Virus record (IMG/VR): IMGVR_UViG_3300005099_000475
Span: 6,274-70,273 of that record
Strand: one strand, 5' to 3'
DNA: 64,000 nucleotides
From: a virus
Positions 37,665 to 47,346 of this stretch are shown in pieces. Numbering within the stretch: position 1 is the first letter of the stretch; the number at the start of each line of letters is the position of its first letter. The translations under genes and the position numbers were made by a program. The notes beneath the pieces are model-generated. The model did not search any database. It was not told the origin of the DNA and worked only from the letters and a program-made list of their open reading frames with translations.

Positions 37665-37919
37665 TTAAGGCGAAGGTATCGCTTTGAGTATTTTCCTTCC
37701 GCCTTCGGCGACTCCGGCTTTTACCGTTTTTTCCATGACGACGCCAGTTGCCGTTCCGATCCCGAATCCCAAAGCTGATTCGAAGGCCGCCTTTTTGACT
37801 GAATTTTGGCTGAGCCCATGAACCGCTCCCGCTGTGGCTCCGACCAATCCCAAAGTGGCGGGCGGAGAAGCACAAGCGAAAAGAAACGGCACCGCCAAAA
37901 CAAACAACAATTTTTTCAT
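37665..37919 (-). CDS. lipoprotein with glycine-zipper-like helices
   Basis: MKKLLFVLAVPFLFAC lipobox; GLVGATAGA and GFGIGTATG. Confidence 0.7.
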   Translation of the reverse strand: MKKLLFVLAVPFLFACASPPATLGLVGATAGAVHGLSQNSVKKAAFESALGFGIGTATGVVMEKTVKAGVAEGGRKILKAIPSP

Positions 37920-38104
37920 TTTTTTCTCCTTTCCCAAAGAAGATAGCACAACGCGGCGATTTTTTGAGGACATTCTTCTTCGAAATTCAACCAGTAATAC
38001 AATATCATGGTTTTCAAAATTTCTTCGTTCAAGGAAGCTAAATAAAATACTTCCTCGTCCAACCATTTTTCCACCAAGCCGAAAAAGATGTCCCTCGGAT
38101 TCAT
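37916..38104 (-). CDS. hypothetical protein
   Basis: 62-aa ORF with 4-nt overlaps at both ends. Confidence 0.45.
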   Translation of the reverse strand: MNPRDIFFGLVEKWLDEEVFYLASLNEEILKTMILYYWLNFEEECPQKIAALCYLLWERRKK

Positions 38105-38352
38105 TCAACAATTATTTTCCCGTTTTCAGAATGCTTATGGTGAAACGCGACTTGCCGAACTTCGCCGATTTTTTTGCAAATGACTTCCCGATTCTCTTCA
38201 CACCTGTCGACAGAAACGCAATTTTTGGCGAATTCGTCTAATTTCTGTTCTATTCGATCCAGACGTCGCGAGAGCATTCCGATCATGAATGCGACGAACG
38301 CCCAAAGAAGCCCAACGATTACCCCGATGGGAATTATCGCTTGAGAATGCAT
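38101..38352 (-). CDS. putative holin-like protein (one TM plus coiled coil)
   Basis: N-terminal TM helix then RRLDRIEQKLD; follows tail fibre genes. Confidence 0.5.
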   Translation of the reverse strand: MHSQAIIPIGVIVGLLWAFVAFMIGMLSRRLDRIEQKLDEFAKNCVSVDRCEENREVICKKIGEVRQVAFHHKHSENGKIIVE

Positions 38353-38364
38353 TTTTTCTTCTCC

Positions 38365-38643
38365 TCATTTGATTCCTTTTTCAATCTCAGCCTCAATTTC
38401 AGCATTTCTCTCCTTCGCCGTTTTGAGCCGCAGCGGTTTTATAATTTCCCGCTTCTTTTCAGGTGTCAGCCTCCGTGGGTTATACTCTGTGTACTCTTCA
38501 ACAATCCTATCCATCACCTGACGGGCCTTGTTCCTGAGGAGATTCTCAACCCATTCGGCAATGTCTACCATGTCCGTCAAAAGGGCTTTTTCCTCCTCGT
38601 TGGTGAGGGTAAAGGATTTTGAGCCTATGGTGATGGTAAGCAT
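38365..38643 (-). CDS. tail fibre-associated small protein
   Basis: GGAGGTGG RBS; directly after the fibre gene. Confidence 0.6.
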   Translation of the reverse strand: MLTITIGSKSFTLTNEEEKALLTDMVDIAEWVENLLRNKARQVMDRIVEEYTEYNPRRLTPEKKREIIKPLRLKTAKERNAEIEAEIEKGIK

Positions 38644-38655
38644 AAATCCACCTCC

Positions 38656-39622
38656 TTATGCTATTTTGGCAATACTAAAATATGTCCTCGTTGAGCCATT
38701 AACAATATTACAATCGGCTTCTGGATGGACATAAAACTCCAGGTAGTCCCCTGCTGAAAGGTGAATTACAAATGTCAAGACCACACTTTGCCAGCTTGGA
38801 TCAGCGGAGTTTAAGAAGGAGTCTCTATATGTAGTTCCATTCTTTTGACATATAACATACACGTTATATGACGAAGGAAGAGAACTCACGGTCACGTTAG
38901 TACTTACAAGATACAGTCCATCCTCTGTAGCTGTAAACCTATGCCCAGTAGTATCAAACTCATTATGCGGATCTGAACCACTTTCTACACTGTCAAAAGG
39001 AATTTTAACAGTATTGCCTGCAGTAACTGAAAAGTAGCTTCCTCCATTATCCATCCACCCTACTACCCAACTCTGTCTTGGCAACTTCACAATCCCCGAA
39101 GTTGCCACAGAGAGCCATTTGTTGCCTGACATGTAGGCGTCAATAGCACTGGAAGTGCTAAGAGGAAGCATGTCGGGGTTGTGGGCTTCGTTGCCATGAG
39201 TGGCAGGTGTAGGTTTAACTTCCACCCAAGAAGTACCGTTGTCATAATAAAGCTTTCCAGTATCAGTAGCGTAGAAATATCTATCCTTCGTCCCAGCGGC
39301 GGGCCTGTTGGCCTCTGTGTCTGCCGTGACCCGGGCGACCCCTAACGTCAAAATCTTTGGCTTCCCAAACAGAACTTCCTTTCACCAAAATTTGTGTTTC
39401 AGTCGCGGACGGCAAAACCTGTTCCAAAGTCTTAGCAACCCATTTGCCTTGGGAATCATCAAACTGTATTAAAACCTTGTCGGGAAGCGCGTCGACATCC
39501 CACAAATCTTGATGTTTGGCCAAATAGTCGTTCAATTTTTGCATGTTGGCGGAATGGACGGCGTTCCATCCCGCCTGTCCGTAATCGGTGGTTTCGAGCT
39601 GCGTCGGATTCAAAACGCTCAT
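38656..39622 (-). CDS. tail fibre with C-terminal C1q-like domain, split by a frameshift at 39350-39353
   Basis: FTATEDGLYLVSTNV and IHLSAGDYLEFYV are C1q-like; the two ORFs join at GATTTTG. Confidence 0.7.
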
Positions 39623-39634
39623 TTTTCGTCTCCT

Positions 39635-41959
39635 TTAACTTGTTATATATTTTCCGTCTGAAGTTCCCACGTCCAATGTGGCCCAATCCGACAGATAAAC
39701 GTCCCTTTTGTGTCTTACGTAAAATGTAAACGCATTAGCGTTATTTATCGTTATTTGAGTGTCGGTTGTAGTTGTTTCAGAACCATCAGCATTTATCTTA
39801 TATATAAACTCCCCTTCGACTACAAAGGGCCAAGAATCTGTGTACGAATCCGGGTCTCTATATCCAGCTCCGTCGTATTCTTTGGTAATTGGCCACCAAG
39901 TGATAGTAACGGAATCACCGTTTCTCTCGGCTTCAATTCTCGTAGGCGGGTAAGGTTTTCGCGCCTTGTTTTGTGGGGTTACTTCTATTGCTATTGCTTG
40001 AGACAAATCCCCACTTTTGTCGTTGTATATTGGAACGACTTTGACCCAAAATGTTGATTGGGTGTCTATCTCCAAGATATTGTCGTCCAAATCCGCTACG
40101 AATATTGTGGAACCGGAAACGTGAGTCGTTTTCTCGGTCCAAAGAATTCCCCTGATGACCCCTTTGATTCTGTAAGAGGAAGACCCTTCAGGGGTGTGGG
40201 TTTGGAATCCCATCAATTCGCTACCGACGGAAACGATTCTGCTCGAAGCGAACAATTCGGCTCTTGACAGATCGTCGAATTCTTCGTTGTCTTTATAAGG
40301 AGTATAAAGAATTCCGATGTCGTCGTCCACTTCATAAGTGTTTGCTGGATATTGTTCGTCCAAGGTTCCGGCTTGAGCGAAAGTGGTGAATGTTCCGACG
40401 GAAGAATACGAACTTCCGTCGAACGAGACATAGACTTCAAACCCTTGTTCGAATCCCGTTTCTTGGGAAACCAGAATCGCGTAAGCGGACGTGTATTCGT
40501 ATTCTTTGGTATAAGGCAGCTCCACAACCTTGATTTTTTGGAACGGCTGAAGCTCCACGATTCCGTCTTGACCGGAAGTTGGATCCCCTAATACGTAACT
40601 TTCGTCGAACAGTTTCTCCGAAAACTGAATGAGTTCGAGCCTCAATTCGTTCTTGTCTATGTTGGATTCTCGAATCGACGTTATCCTGAAATCACCGTCT
40701 ATTCCGAAATCCGAATTTTTGATCGTTATCACATCCCCGACTTCGTACTTCGCGTATTTCAATGGGACGACGCATTGGACTTGGGCTCTCGGATAAGAAA
40801 ACCTCTTCATGTGATCGTAAAGACGTTGGAACGCTATGGTTCTATCCGTAAACGCCGTTAAGTCGAGGGATACTTGTTTGTGTTCCCCGGTCATTCGCAT
40901 ATTAGCAGGATTTCGGGCGACTATTGTCCTTACCGTATAATCGTGGTCTTTATCCACAAAGTTGGCTCTAAAATCGTTCGGCATGTCAACCCAAGAAGGT
41001 TTTGTGTACGAAAAAGATTTGAAATCGTCTTCGATCGTTCCCGAGGGGGTATCTTCTTTCTTGAATATTTTAATTTTTATTTTTCCTTCTTCGTTATAGG
41101 TTAAAATTGAATCGACATAAGAAAGGACTCGCCTCAAAAATTGATCCGCTCTTTCGGTCCTTGACAAAACAATGTTGAGTCCCCAATTTTTGGAAGCATA
41201 ATAGTTGGCGGCGGATTGAAAAGATGCCATGTCGAGATTTCCTTCTTGAATTTCGAGGTGATTTACCAATATGTCGTAAACTATGGCGGCGGGATTCGTC
41301 CCGGTTGAAAGAGTATGATTGCTAATTGGCATCGAAGTATCGTCGAATTCCCTTCTTACGATAAAGTAAAAAGTAGGAATGACTGTAACATTCAATCCGA
41401 GATACAATTTCTTGAAGAATATATGAGCGACACCGGGAATCGCATTTGCGTATTCGCCGGGCTGAGTCGGATAAACGGACGTTGTTCCGTCGTTAAACTT
41501 ATAATAGTTGCAATGGATTCCTGCCAATCCATCATCTATCTTTTTGTCGGATTTGTAGACACCTAAAATGGAGACTTTGCCCATGCAAAGGGCTTCCCAA
41601 ACGTCAAGATAATATTTATATCCGACGGTAACTTTCTTCTTCTTTTTGCCTGCTTTTATTTTTTTCTTCTTCTTTTTGGTTTTGAAATTACCGAACCAAA
41701 TGATATTTCCCGGGATTTTTACAGTTCCGTAAACGATTGGAACAGGAGCCCCTTCGTTGGCCGTTGTGAAAGTAACGTCGGAAAGGGAAGCTGGCTTTAC
41801 GTCGGACTTCCCAACGGACGGCGAAGTCGGAAAGATGAGAGACATCAGCATAGAACCCAAAGTGAAGCCCAATTGGATGGCCAAAGCCGAACCTCCAAAC
41901 AAGGCTCCGCCCACAAAACCGCCAATTACTCCACCTACTAATGGTAATACTACCGCCAT
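39635..41959 (-). CDS. tail tip/host specificity protein (GTA-like Phage-tail_3)
   Basis: EGAPVPIVYGT, VGYKYY, NPAAIVYDIL; position in tail operon. Confidence 0.85.
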   Translation of the reverse strand: MAVVLPLVGGVIGGFVGGALFGGSALAIQLGFTLGSMLMSLIFPTSPSVGKSDVKPASLSDVTFTTANEGAPVPIVYGTVKIPGNIIWFGNFKTKKKKKKIKAGKKKKKVTVGYKYYLDVWEALCMGKVSILGVYKSDKKIDDGLAGIHCNYYKFNDGTTSVYPTQPGEYANAIPGVAHIFFKKLYLGLNVTVIPTFYFIVRREFDDTSMPISNHTLSTGTNPAAIVYDILVNHLEIQEGNLDMASFQSAANYYASKNWGLNIVLSRTERADQFLRRVLSYVDSILTYNEEGKIKIKIFKKEDTPSGTIEDDFKSFSYTKPSWVDMPNDFRANFVDKDHDYTVRTIVARNPANMRMTGEHKQVSLDLTAFTDRTIAFQRLYDHMKRFSYPRAQVQCVVPLKYAKYEVGDVITIKNSDFGIDGDFRITSIRESNIDKNELRLELIQFSEKLFDESYVLGDPTSGQDGIVELQPFQKIKVVELPYTKEYEYTSAYAILVSQETGFEQGFEVYVSFDGSSYSSVGTFTTFAQAGTLDEQYPANTYEVDDDIGILYTPYKDNEEFDDLSRAELFASSRIVSVGSELMGFQTHTPEGSSSYRIKGVIRGILWTEKTTHVSGSTIFVADLDDNILEIDTQSTFWVKVVPIYNDKSGDLSQAIAIEVTPQNKARKPYPPTRIEAERNGDSVTITWWPITKEYDGAGYRDPDSYTDSWPFVVEGEFIYKINADGSETTTTDTQITINNANAFTFYVRHKRDVYLSDWATLDVGTSDGKYITS

Positions 41960-42417
41960 ACTATCCTATAACCGAATTGGAATTTTGATCGAAAGAATGG
42001 TTCGAATTCCATTGGTTCTATTTCTCTTCCTCTTATTGCTTGCCACAAACAACCTTCGAACCAAATTGCCAAATGATTTATAGGAACGCTTCTTATTCTG
42101 AAGCATAATATGTCACCGTCAAGAAAATCAGATTCGATTGTATCAAGCAAAAGACCTTTTTTCAATTTAATCTCATTTATGTAGCTGATTATCTTTTCTT
42201 CTTTTGTATGTAAAAACCAATCTTCACCGTAAAACGGATATTCGGGGGCGGATTCAACAACTCCTAATTCGTCAAATACGTTAAGAACGAATAGACAACA
42301 ATCTACTCCTCTTTTCTTTACGGCAGTTCTGTGTCTAAAAGGAGTCCCTTCCCAAGATTTTAGAACTTTTTTTAACTTTCTTTTATTTTCTTCGTTATCG
42401 AAGTAATTAGTCTTCAT
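41950..42417 (-). CDS. NlpC/P60 tail-associated peptidase
   Basis: WEGTPFRH...GVDC...HLAI. Confidence 0.85.
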   Translation of the reverse strand: MKTNYFDNEENKRKLKKVLKSWEGTPFRHRTAVKKRGVDCCLFVLNVFDELGVVESAPEYPFYGEDWFLHTKEEKIISYINEIKLKKGLLLDTIESDFLDGDILCFRIRSVPINHLAIWFEGCLWQAIRGREIEPMEFEPFFRSKFQFGYRIVWR

Positions 42418-43213
42418 GCGACACTTCGAATCCCCAAATGGCCGGATTCCTCGTTGGAATGTACGGAAATCCGGTAAAATTGGAAAAATTGTTGAACTTG
42501 TTTTTGCAAGTCGACGGATTCTTGTCGCAGCCGGGATAAACGAACACTTGCTTTCCGTCCACCGATTCGTCGAACATAACTTGCAAGTAAATCGTGTCGC
42601 CAACATGATCGGTAATCAATCTGTATTCGTTCATATACTGAACGTATCCACCGGTAAAATAATCGTCCGAAAAATCGGCAAAAACCGAACTTGTCAACTT
42701 TCCATCCCTGTTGTCTGTTACCGTAACTGTTTGAACGAAAGACGAAGCGGAAAGTCTACATCTTTTGTCAAACAGTTGGTTGTTGCAATAAACTTGATAC
42801 ATAAATGGCGGAATTTGAAATTTGAACCTTGCTGAAACCGGAACCGCCCTCAAAACCACCATATAATTGGAGGAACCAATGGCCGTGGTCTGTCCCGCAA
42901 ACACGACCCTATAATCGCCGGAATCAAGAAAGTATCTATATATCTTAATGTCTACCTTCGGTAAAGTATAAGAAGCCAAAAGTTTTATTAAGGTTTCGTT
43001 CGCCGTTATCTGAATATCGAGATTTCCTTCTTCGTGTATCTTTCTGCTTATTTCCGAACGGGTTATGGGTGTTGATTCGTAGATATTTAGTTGAAATTCT
43101 ACATTTTCTGGATACGAAGTCAGTCTTATTATATCTCCAGTAGGAAAGGTAAATTCGTACAACTCAGCGAACGGTAAAACCTCGGTTTTCGCTATTTCGT
43201 CGTTATAAGACAT
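42407..43213 (-). CDS. DUF2163/BR0599 tail protein
   Basis: CNNQLFDKRC...PGCDKNPSTCKNKFNNFSNFTGFPYIP. Confidence 0.9.
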   Translation of the reverse strand: MSYNDEIAKTEVLPFAELYEFTFPTGDIIRLTSYPENVEFQLNIYESTPITRSEISRKIHEEGNLDIQITANETLIKLLASYTLPKVDIKIYRYFLDSGDYRVVFAGQTTAIGSSNYMVVLRAVPVSARFKFQIPPFMYQVYCNNQLFDKRCRLSASSFVQTVTVTDNRDGKLTSSVFADFSDDYFTGGYVQYMNEYRLITDHVGDTIYLQVMFDESVDGKQVFVYPGCDKNPSTCKNKFNNFSNFTGFPYIPTRNPAIWGFEVSHED

Positions 43214-43827
43214 TAACCGACCTCCGAGTATTCGGTTACTAATTCTTCCAACGAAGTTTCCGTTCTAAACATTCCGTTTTGGATTGTGAAACTTATCGAA
43301 GGTTCGGCGAATCTCGCTAAAATCGCTCTTCCGCAAACGGCAACATCGGAAGGATAAATGGTAGAAGGAAAAGTGGTCGTTGTGTTTATAATTTCGTGGT
43401 CGGTTCCATAATCTACCGACTGAACCTTTCTTATATACATGTCGCCATTTTTAGTCAGGATAAAAATTCTGGCTGATGTAGCCACATATCTGAAGTTGGT
43501 GTCATAAGTCTTGATTGTGGAAGAATCGGCGTAAATGGGTTCCTTAAGGTCAAATTCGTGAATCCACGTCGGAAACCAAAATCTTTTAAATGCGATTTTG
43601 ACGTTATCGACAAAATCTAAGAATTCATATAATGACTGTATATCAAAAAATTCCCAAGAAACCCTATAAATCTTTTTGGCGATTTCAGTCAATTTTTCAA
43701 TCCTATAAGCTCCACCAAAGAAATGTATAATTCGCTGGTCATTCAGTGGGAAAGATGGTAGAATAACACTTTTTGGACGAATATCCAAAATTGTTGTGAC
43801 CGAACCTAAACCTTCATAAGACGTCAT
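43213..43827 (-). CDS. tail protein
   Basis: FWFPTW motif; tail operon position. Confidence 0.7.
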   Translation of the reverse strand: MTSYEGLGSVTTILDIRPKSVILPSFPLNDQRIIHFFGGAYRIEKLTEIAKKIYRVSWEFFDIQSLYEFLDFVDNVKIAFKRFWFPTWIHEFDLKEPIYADSSTIKTYDTNFRYVATSARIFILTKNGDMYIRKVQSVDYGTDHEIINTTTTFPSTIYPSDVAVCGRAILARFAEPSISFTIQNGMFRTETSLEELVTEYSEVG

Positions 43828-45071
43828 TGTTTGGTTTCCTCAATTTCGTATTCGACCCTTAAAATTTTTGGATGTGTCCTTGTCGAAGAATAAGAAGTCA
43901 AATATCCTATAATGCATGGATAAATTTTAGTGTATTCCTTTGGAAAGTCGCCTTTGACTGAATAAGCTAAATCGATTCTTTTGTTTGCGTAATCTATTGA
44001 AGAAATTTCCTTTACTTCGGCTTCATTAGTCGGTTCGTTCACTATTGCTATAAAATCGCTCTTCTTCAGATTGAAGTAGTAACTGATATCCTCGTTCACG
44101 TAAATGGTGGAAAGATTTTGTAAATTGTCGGCAGTCGGGGTCATTTTTTCGTAAGGAACGATTACCGCAAAAACTCTTCCAATTCCATATTCGATATCGT
44201 GGAAGAATTTTTCTTTTCCGACCGGAACATCCACCCTAATTCTCAAATTCCTTTTGAGGAAATATGCACCCAAACGTCTTTGTTGCTTCAATTTATCAGT
44301 TGTTATTTGAACAACAGGATAATTATATGTTATCGTGCAGGATGGTTCGTCGCCGAACAAACAAGCTCCCTTTATAATCTGAATTACTCTCTTACCTCTT
44401 ATGTAGAGATATTTGTCTATCGGATTGAATGTAAATTGAAAATATCCATTAATGACGGGTCGTCCCTTCAGCGGAATTGTCACGGTAAAACTCAATTCCT
44501 TCGTCGGAAGCATATCTTCATTGCTGTAAACGGGAGAAATGCTCTCGTCGGGAAGATTATGTTTGGACATCGAAACCAAGGTCACGGTGTCCATCTTGGC
44601 GTTCCAGACGTGAACGGCGTAAGTCTTTTCCTCGGTTATGAGACCGGCGTCGATCAACGTGGGGACGAGCCATATTTGATTGTAATATAAGTCGAATACG
44701 CCGTAAACGTCGGCAAAATCTCTGTCGGGACCTTCCAACGGATCAAACAAGCTTGTCGAAGGTCTTTCGACGGCGTCGGCGTAAAGATTTGGATCGGCGA
44801 CAACAGGAGAAGTTTCCCTGCAAAGTGACAGAATTTCTCTATAAATGCAGTCAGAATCGAACGGATATTCAGCCTTCTCCGGTTCTAAAGCACTTCCCAC
44901 AATAAGATGATGACATGTTCCCATAAGTTTGGAAAAAAGAACAAACGGAAGGGGATCTACAATAACATCTACCGCAATGTTCCCCGATAGTTGGGAAGTC
45001 GCTTCCAATGGTTCAGCGTATATATCTATATCATTAACTTCATATTGTTGAAATAAAACCGGAATTCCCAT
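43824..45071 (-). CDS. tail protein
   Basis: Tail operon position; YNQIWLVP...VWNA pattern. Confidence 0.7.
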   Translation of the reverse strand: MGIPVLFQQYEVNDIDIYAEPLEATSQLSGNIAVDVIVDPLPFVLFSKLMGTCHHLIVGSALEPEKAEYPFDSDCIYREILSLCRETSPVVADPNLYADAVERPSTSLFDPLEGPDRDFADVYGVFDLYYNQIWLVPTLIDAGLITEEKTYAVHVWNAKMDTVTLVSMSKHNLPDESISPVYSNEDMLPTKELSFTVTIPLKGRPVINGYFQFTFNPIDKYLYIRGKRVIQIIKGACLFGDEPSCTITYNYPVVQITTDKLKQQRRLGAYFLKRNLRIRVDVPVGKEKFFHDIEYGIGRVFAVIVPYEKMTPTADNLQNLSTIYVNEDISYYFNLKKSDFIAIVNEPTNEAEVKEISSIDYANKRIDLAYSVKGDFPKEYTKIYPCIIGYLTSYSSTRTHPKILRVEYEIEETKQ

Positions 45072-45072
45072 C

Positions 45073-46163
45073 TTAATTTACTTCAATTGCCAAACCGTAA
45101 GAACAACCGTAAACCAACAAAGGAAACATTCTGAATTTCCTCGAACCGATGGTCGCTTCCTCGGCGGGCCGGTAATAAGGATGATGGACGGAAGCGAACC
45201 AAGGAAATTCGCCTATCGGATAGACGAATTCGTCCGTCCCCGTAGAACGAAAAACTGTGAGGATCGGTTTGACCAAAATCGCTCTCGAGCAGAAATTGTT
45301 CCATCTTGGGATAGTTTGGTAGGGGACTGAAGCGTAGGCCGGTTCGACATTGGACAAACTCGTGTACTTGAATTGCTTATCTTCCCAATAGTAAGCCAAG
45401 GAAATATGCGCCCCAGTGTAAGAATATTTTTTGTCGTCCGTTTCGAACCAAAGTCCTTCGAATTGGTTCGAATTCAGATGCAGCAACCCGTGATGTCCAA
45501 TTTCATACTCTGCCCCACTGGAACTCGCGTTTGTTCGGTTCCTCCCGAGCGCGATGCTATAAATTTTGCCGTCGCTTTCTCCTTGGTCTTCGGGTTGCAA
45601 AACGTCGGAAACCACGAAATTGCCTTCGGTTTCGGCGTCATCGTAGGAATCAATCGACCCAAACGCAATGAGCGGAAACAGTCGTTTGTTTACATTAAAT
45701 TCCGAAATCATCGTCGTCGTGTCGTAAATACAAACAGCATGTTGGTTGGCAAAAACATATTGGTTGTTGCACGGCAACAGGAGCCAATAACGGTCGCCGT
45801 GAGGTTTGTCCTGCAACGGTGAGTAGAAGCAAGCCTCCCCAGCGCCATATTCTTTGTATTTGTAAATGTAATTCCATCTTCCCGGCTGATTCAACCAATC
45901 CTGGTTTTCGTCGAATCCGGTGTTAGCTGACACGACTATATGATAAAATCCGGTTGAACCCAAATCCTCAATCAGTTTCAACAAAAATACAAATTTTGAG
46001 ACCCGTTTCCGGTTGAATGTAAATACAATTCCCCGGAACTCGTAATTGTATCCTTGTCTATTGTCCAGCCAGCATTTTGAGCTGCTGTTTTCAAATTGCC
46101 CAAAAACTCTTGCGCGGAGGAAACATTCGACCAACTGTTGAAATTAAATTTGTGCGAAGGCAT
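45073..46163 (-). CDS. virion structural protein, split by a frameshift at 45983-45987
   Basis: 5' ORF 45978-46163 (AAQNAGWT...YLHS, GGAGG RBS) continues in 45073-46134 if one base is added. Confidence 0.65.
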
Positions 46164-46166
46164 TGA

Positions 46167-47345
46167 TCATTCCTCCTTCACGGCGAACCAGTACCACCAA
46201 TCTGTCCTGAAAACATCCGGGAACACTATGTAAGTTTCCCCGTTTCTGACCAACTGATCTTCCGGATTGAAATCGGCACACGGAGCCCAATATACCCCGT
46301 CTAATTGACCGTAGACTTCCTTGGTGTTCTCGTCCTGAAGATACAAAGGAAATAAACCGACAGCTTGTCCAGAGGGATAATGGTGTTGTTTGGTGTAATA
46401 GGTATAACATTGCATCGGCAAGATAAGCAACTCGGCGCGAGTCTTGAAACTGTTGTCATAAGAACAAACAAAAGCCCATCCGTTGTTATAAGCATTTTCA
46501 CAGCCATCAAAGGAGGCTTGAAAATCGGGAATTCCCGGACAGAAAATGTGTCTGTAATCATCAGTGGAATTGTGTTCGATCATGTAATCCGAATTCCAAT
46601 CTGTTCGTCCATAGCCGTCGGCGATCACACACAATGGATAAGGATATTCGTGCGGTAAAGCGAAACGCCAAAACGCTCCGGCGTAAACGGCGGAATAATA
46701 AGTTTGTGACAAGGTCACAACTATTATTCTTTGTTTGTTCGAAAATATCCAAAATGCCATATTCGAATTCCAAAACGGAAGAAACGCCAAAGTGGAATTG
46801 TTTCCATAAGGATTGCCGAAAGTCGTATCGAACCAAGACATATCCTCATCGAAATGTTTGTACACTTTGACCAAAAATCCCGCCTCAACACCATCAGATT
46901 TGATCAACATGAAAATTCCGACATAGATTTTTTCGTCCTCATTGGGTCCATTGTTGAAAAGAACACATCTTGTTCTTTTGAACTTGTAAGTGAAATCAAC
47001 AGTATCGTCTATGTTTAAAGAACCGCCGCTGAGGGCCTTAAACCATCCTCTGTTTACATCAAGTTCATAATCCACGCCTTGGGTCAAAGAATTCCCACTT
47101 TTGGTCGCGGAAAAATCAAAAGTGTTGGCCGTCGGAAGTTCGAGCCATGTGTCAAGGGCTGTAATCGTTAAGCTTCCAGAATGGGAATAATAATCGACGC
47201 CACCTTCCAAGCCGACCTCATTAACAATTATCTGCCAATCTTTTCCCGGAGTTCCCGGTTCTTCGGTAACGAATCTAATGAATTTCGTCCAAAGTTCCCT
47301 CGCCCCCAAAGTGGTGGAAGCGAACAATTTTCCGCTGTACGCCAT
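46167..47345 (-). CDS. virion structural protein
   Basis: Follows tape measure gene; YPYPL and YGQLDGVYW motifs. Confidence 0.72.
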   Translation of the reverse strand: MAYSGKLFASTTLGARELWTKFIRFVTEEPGTPGKDWQIIVNEVGLEGGVDYYSHSGSLTITALDTWLELPTANTFDFSATKSGNSLTQGVDYELDVNRGWFKALSGGSLNIDDTVDFTYKFKRTRCVLFNNGPNEDEKIYVGIFMLIKSDGVEAGFLVKVYKHFDEDMSWFDTTFGNPYGNNSTLAFLPFWNSNMAFWIFSNKQRIIVVTLSQTYYSAVYAGAFWRFALPHEYPYPLCVIADGYGRTDWNSDYMIEHNSTDDYRHIFCPGIPDFQASFDGCENAYNNGWAFVCSYDNSFKTRAELLILPMQCYTYYTKQHHYPSGQAVGLFPLYLQDENTKEVYGQLDGVYWAPCADFNPEDQLVRNGETYIVFPDVFRTDWWYWFAVKEE

Positions 47346-47346
47346 T

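Noticed and set aside
35577-39622. Diversity-generating retroelement targeting tail fibres
   Set aside because: No reverse transcriptase and no TR/VR repeat pair were seen in the window.
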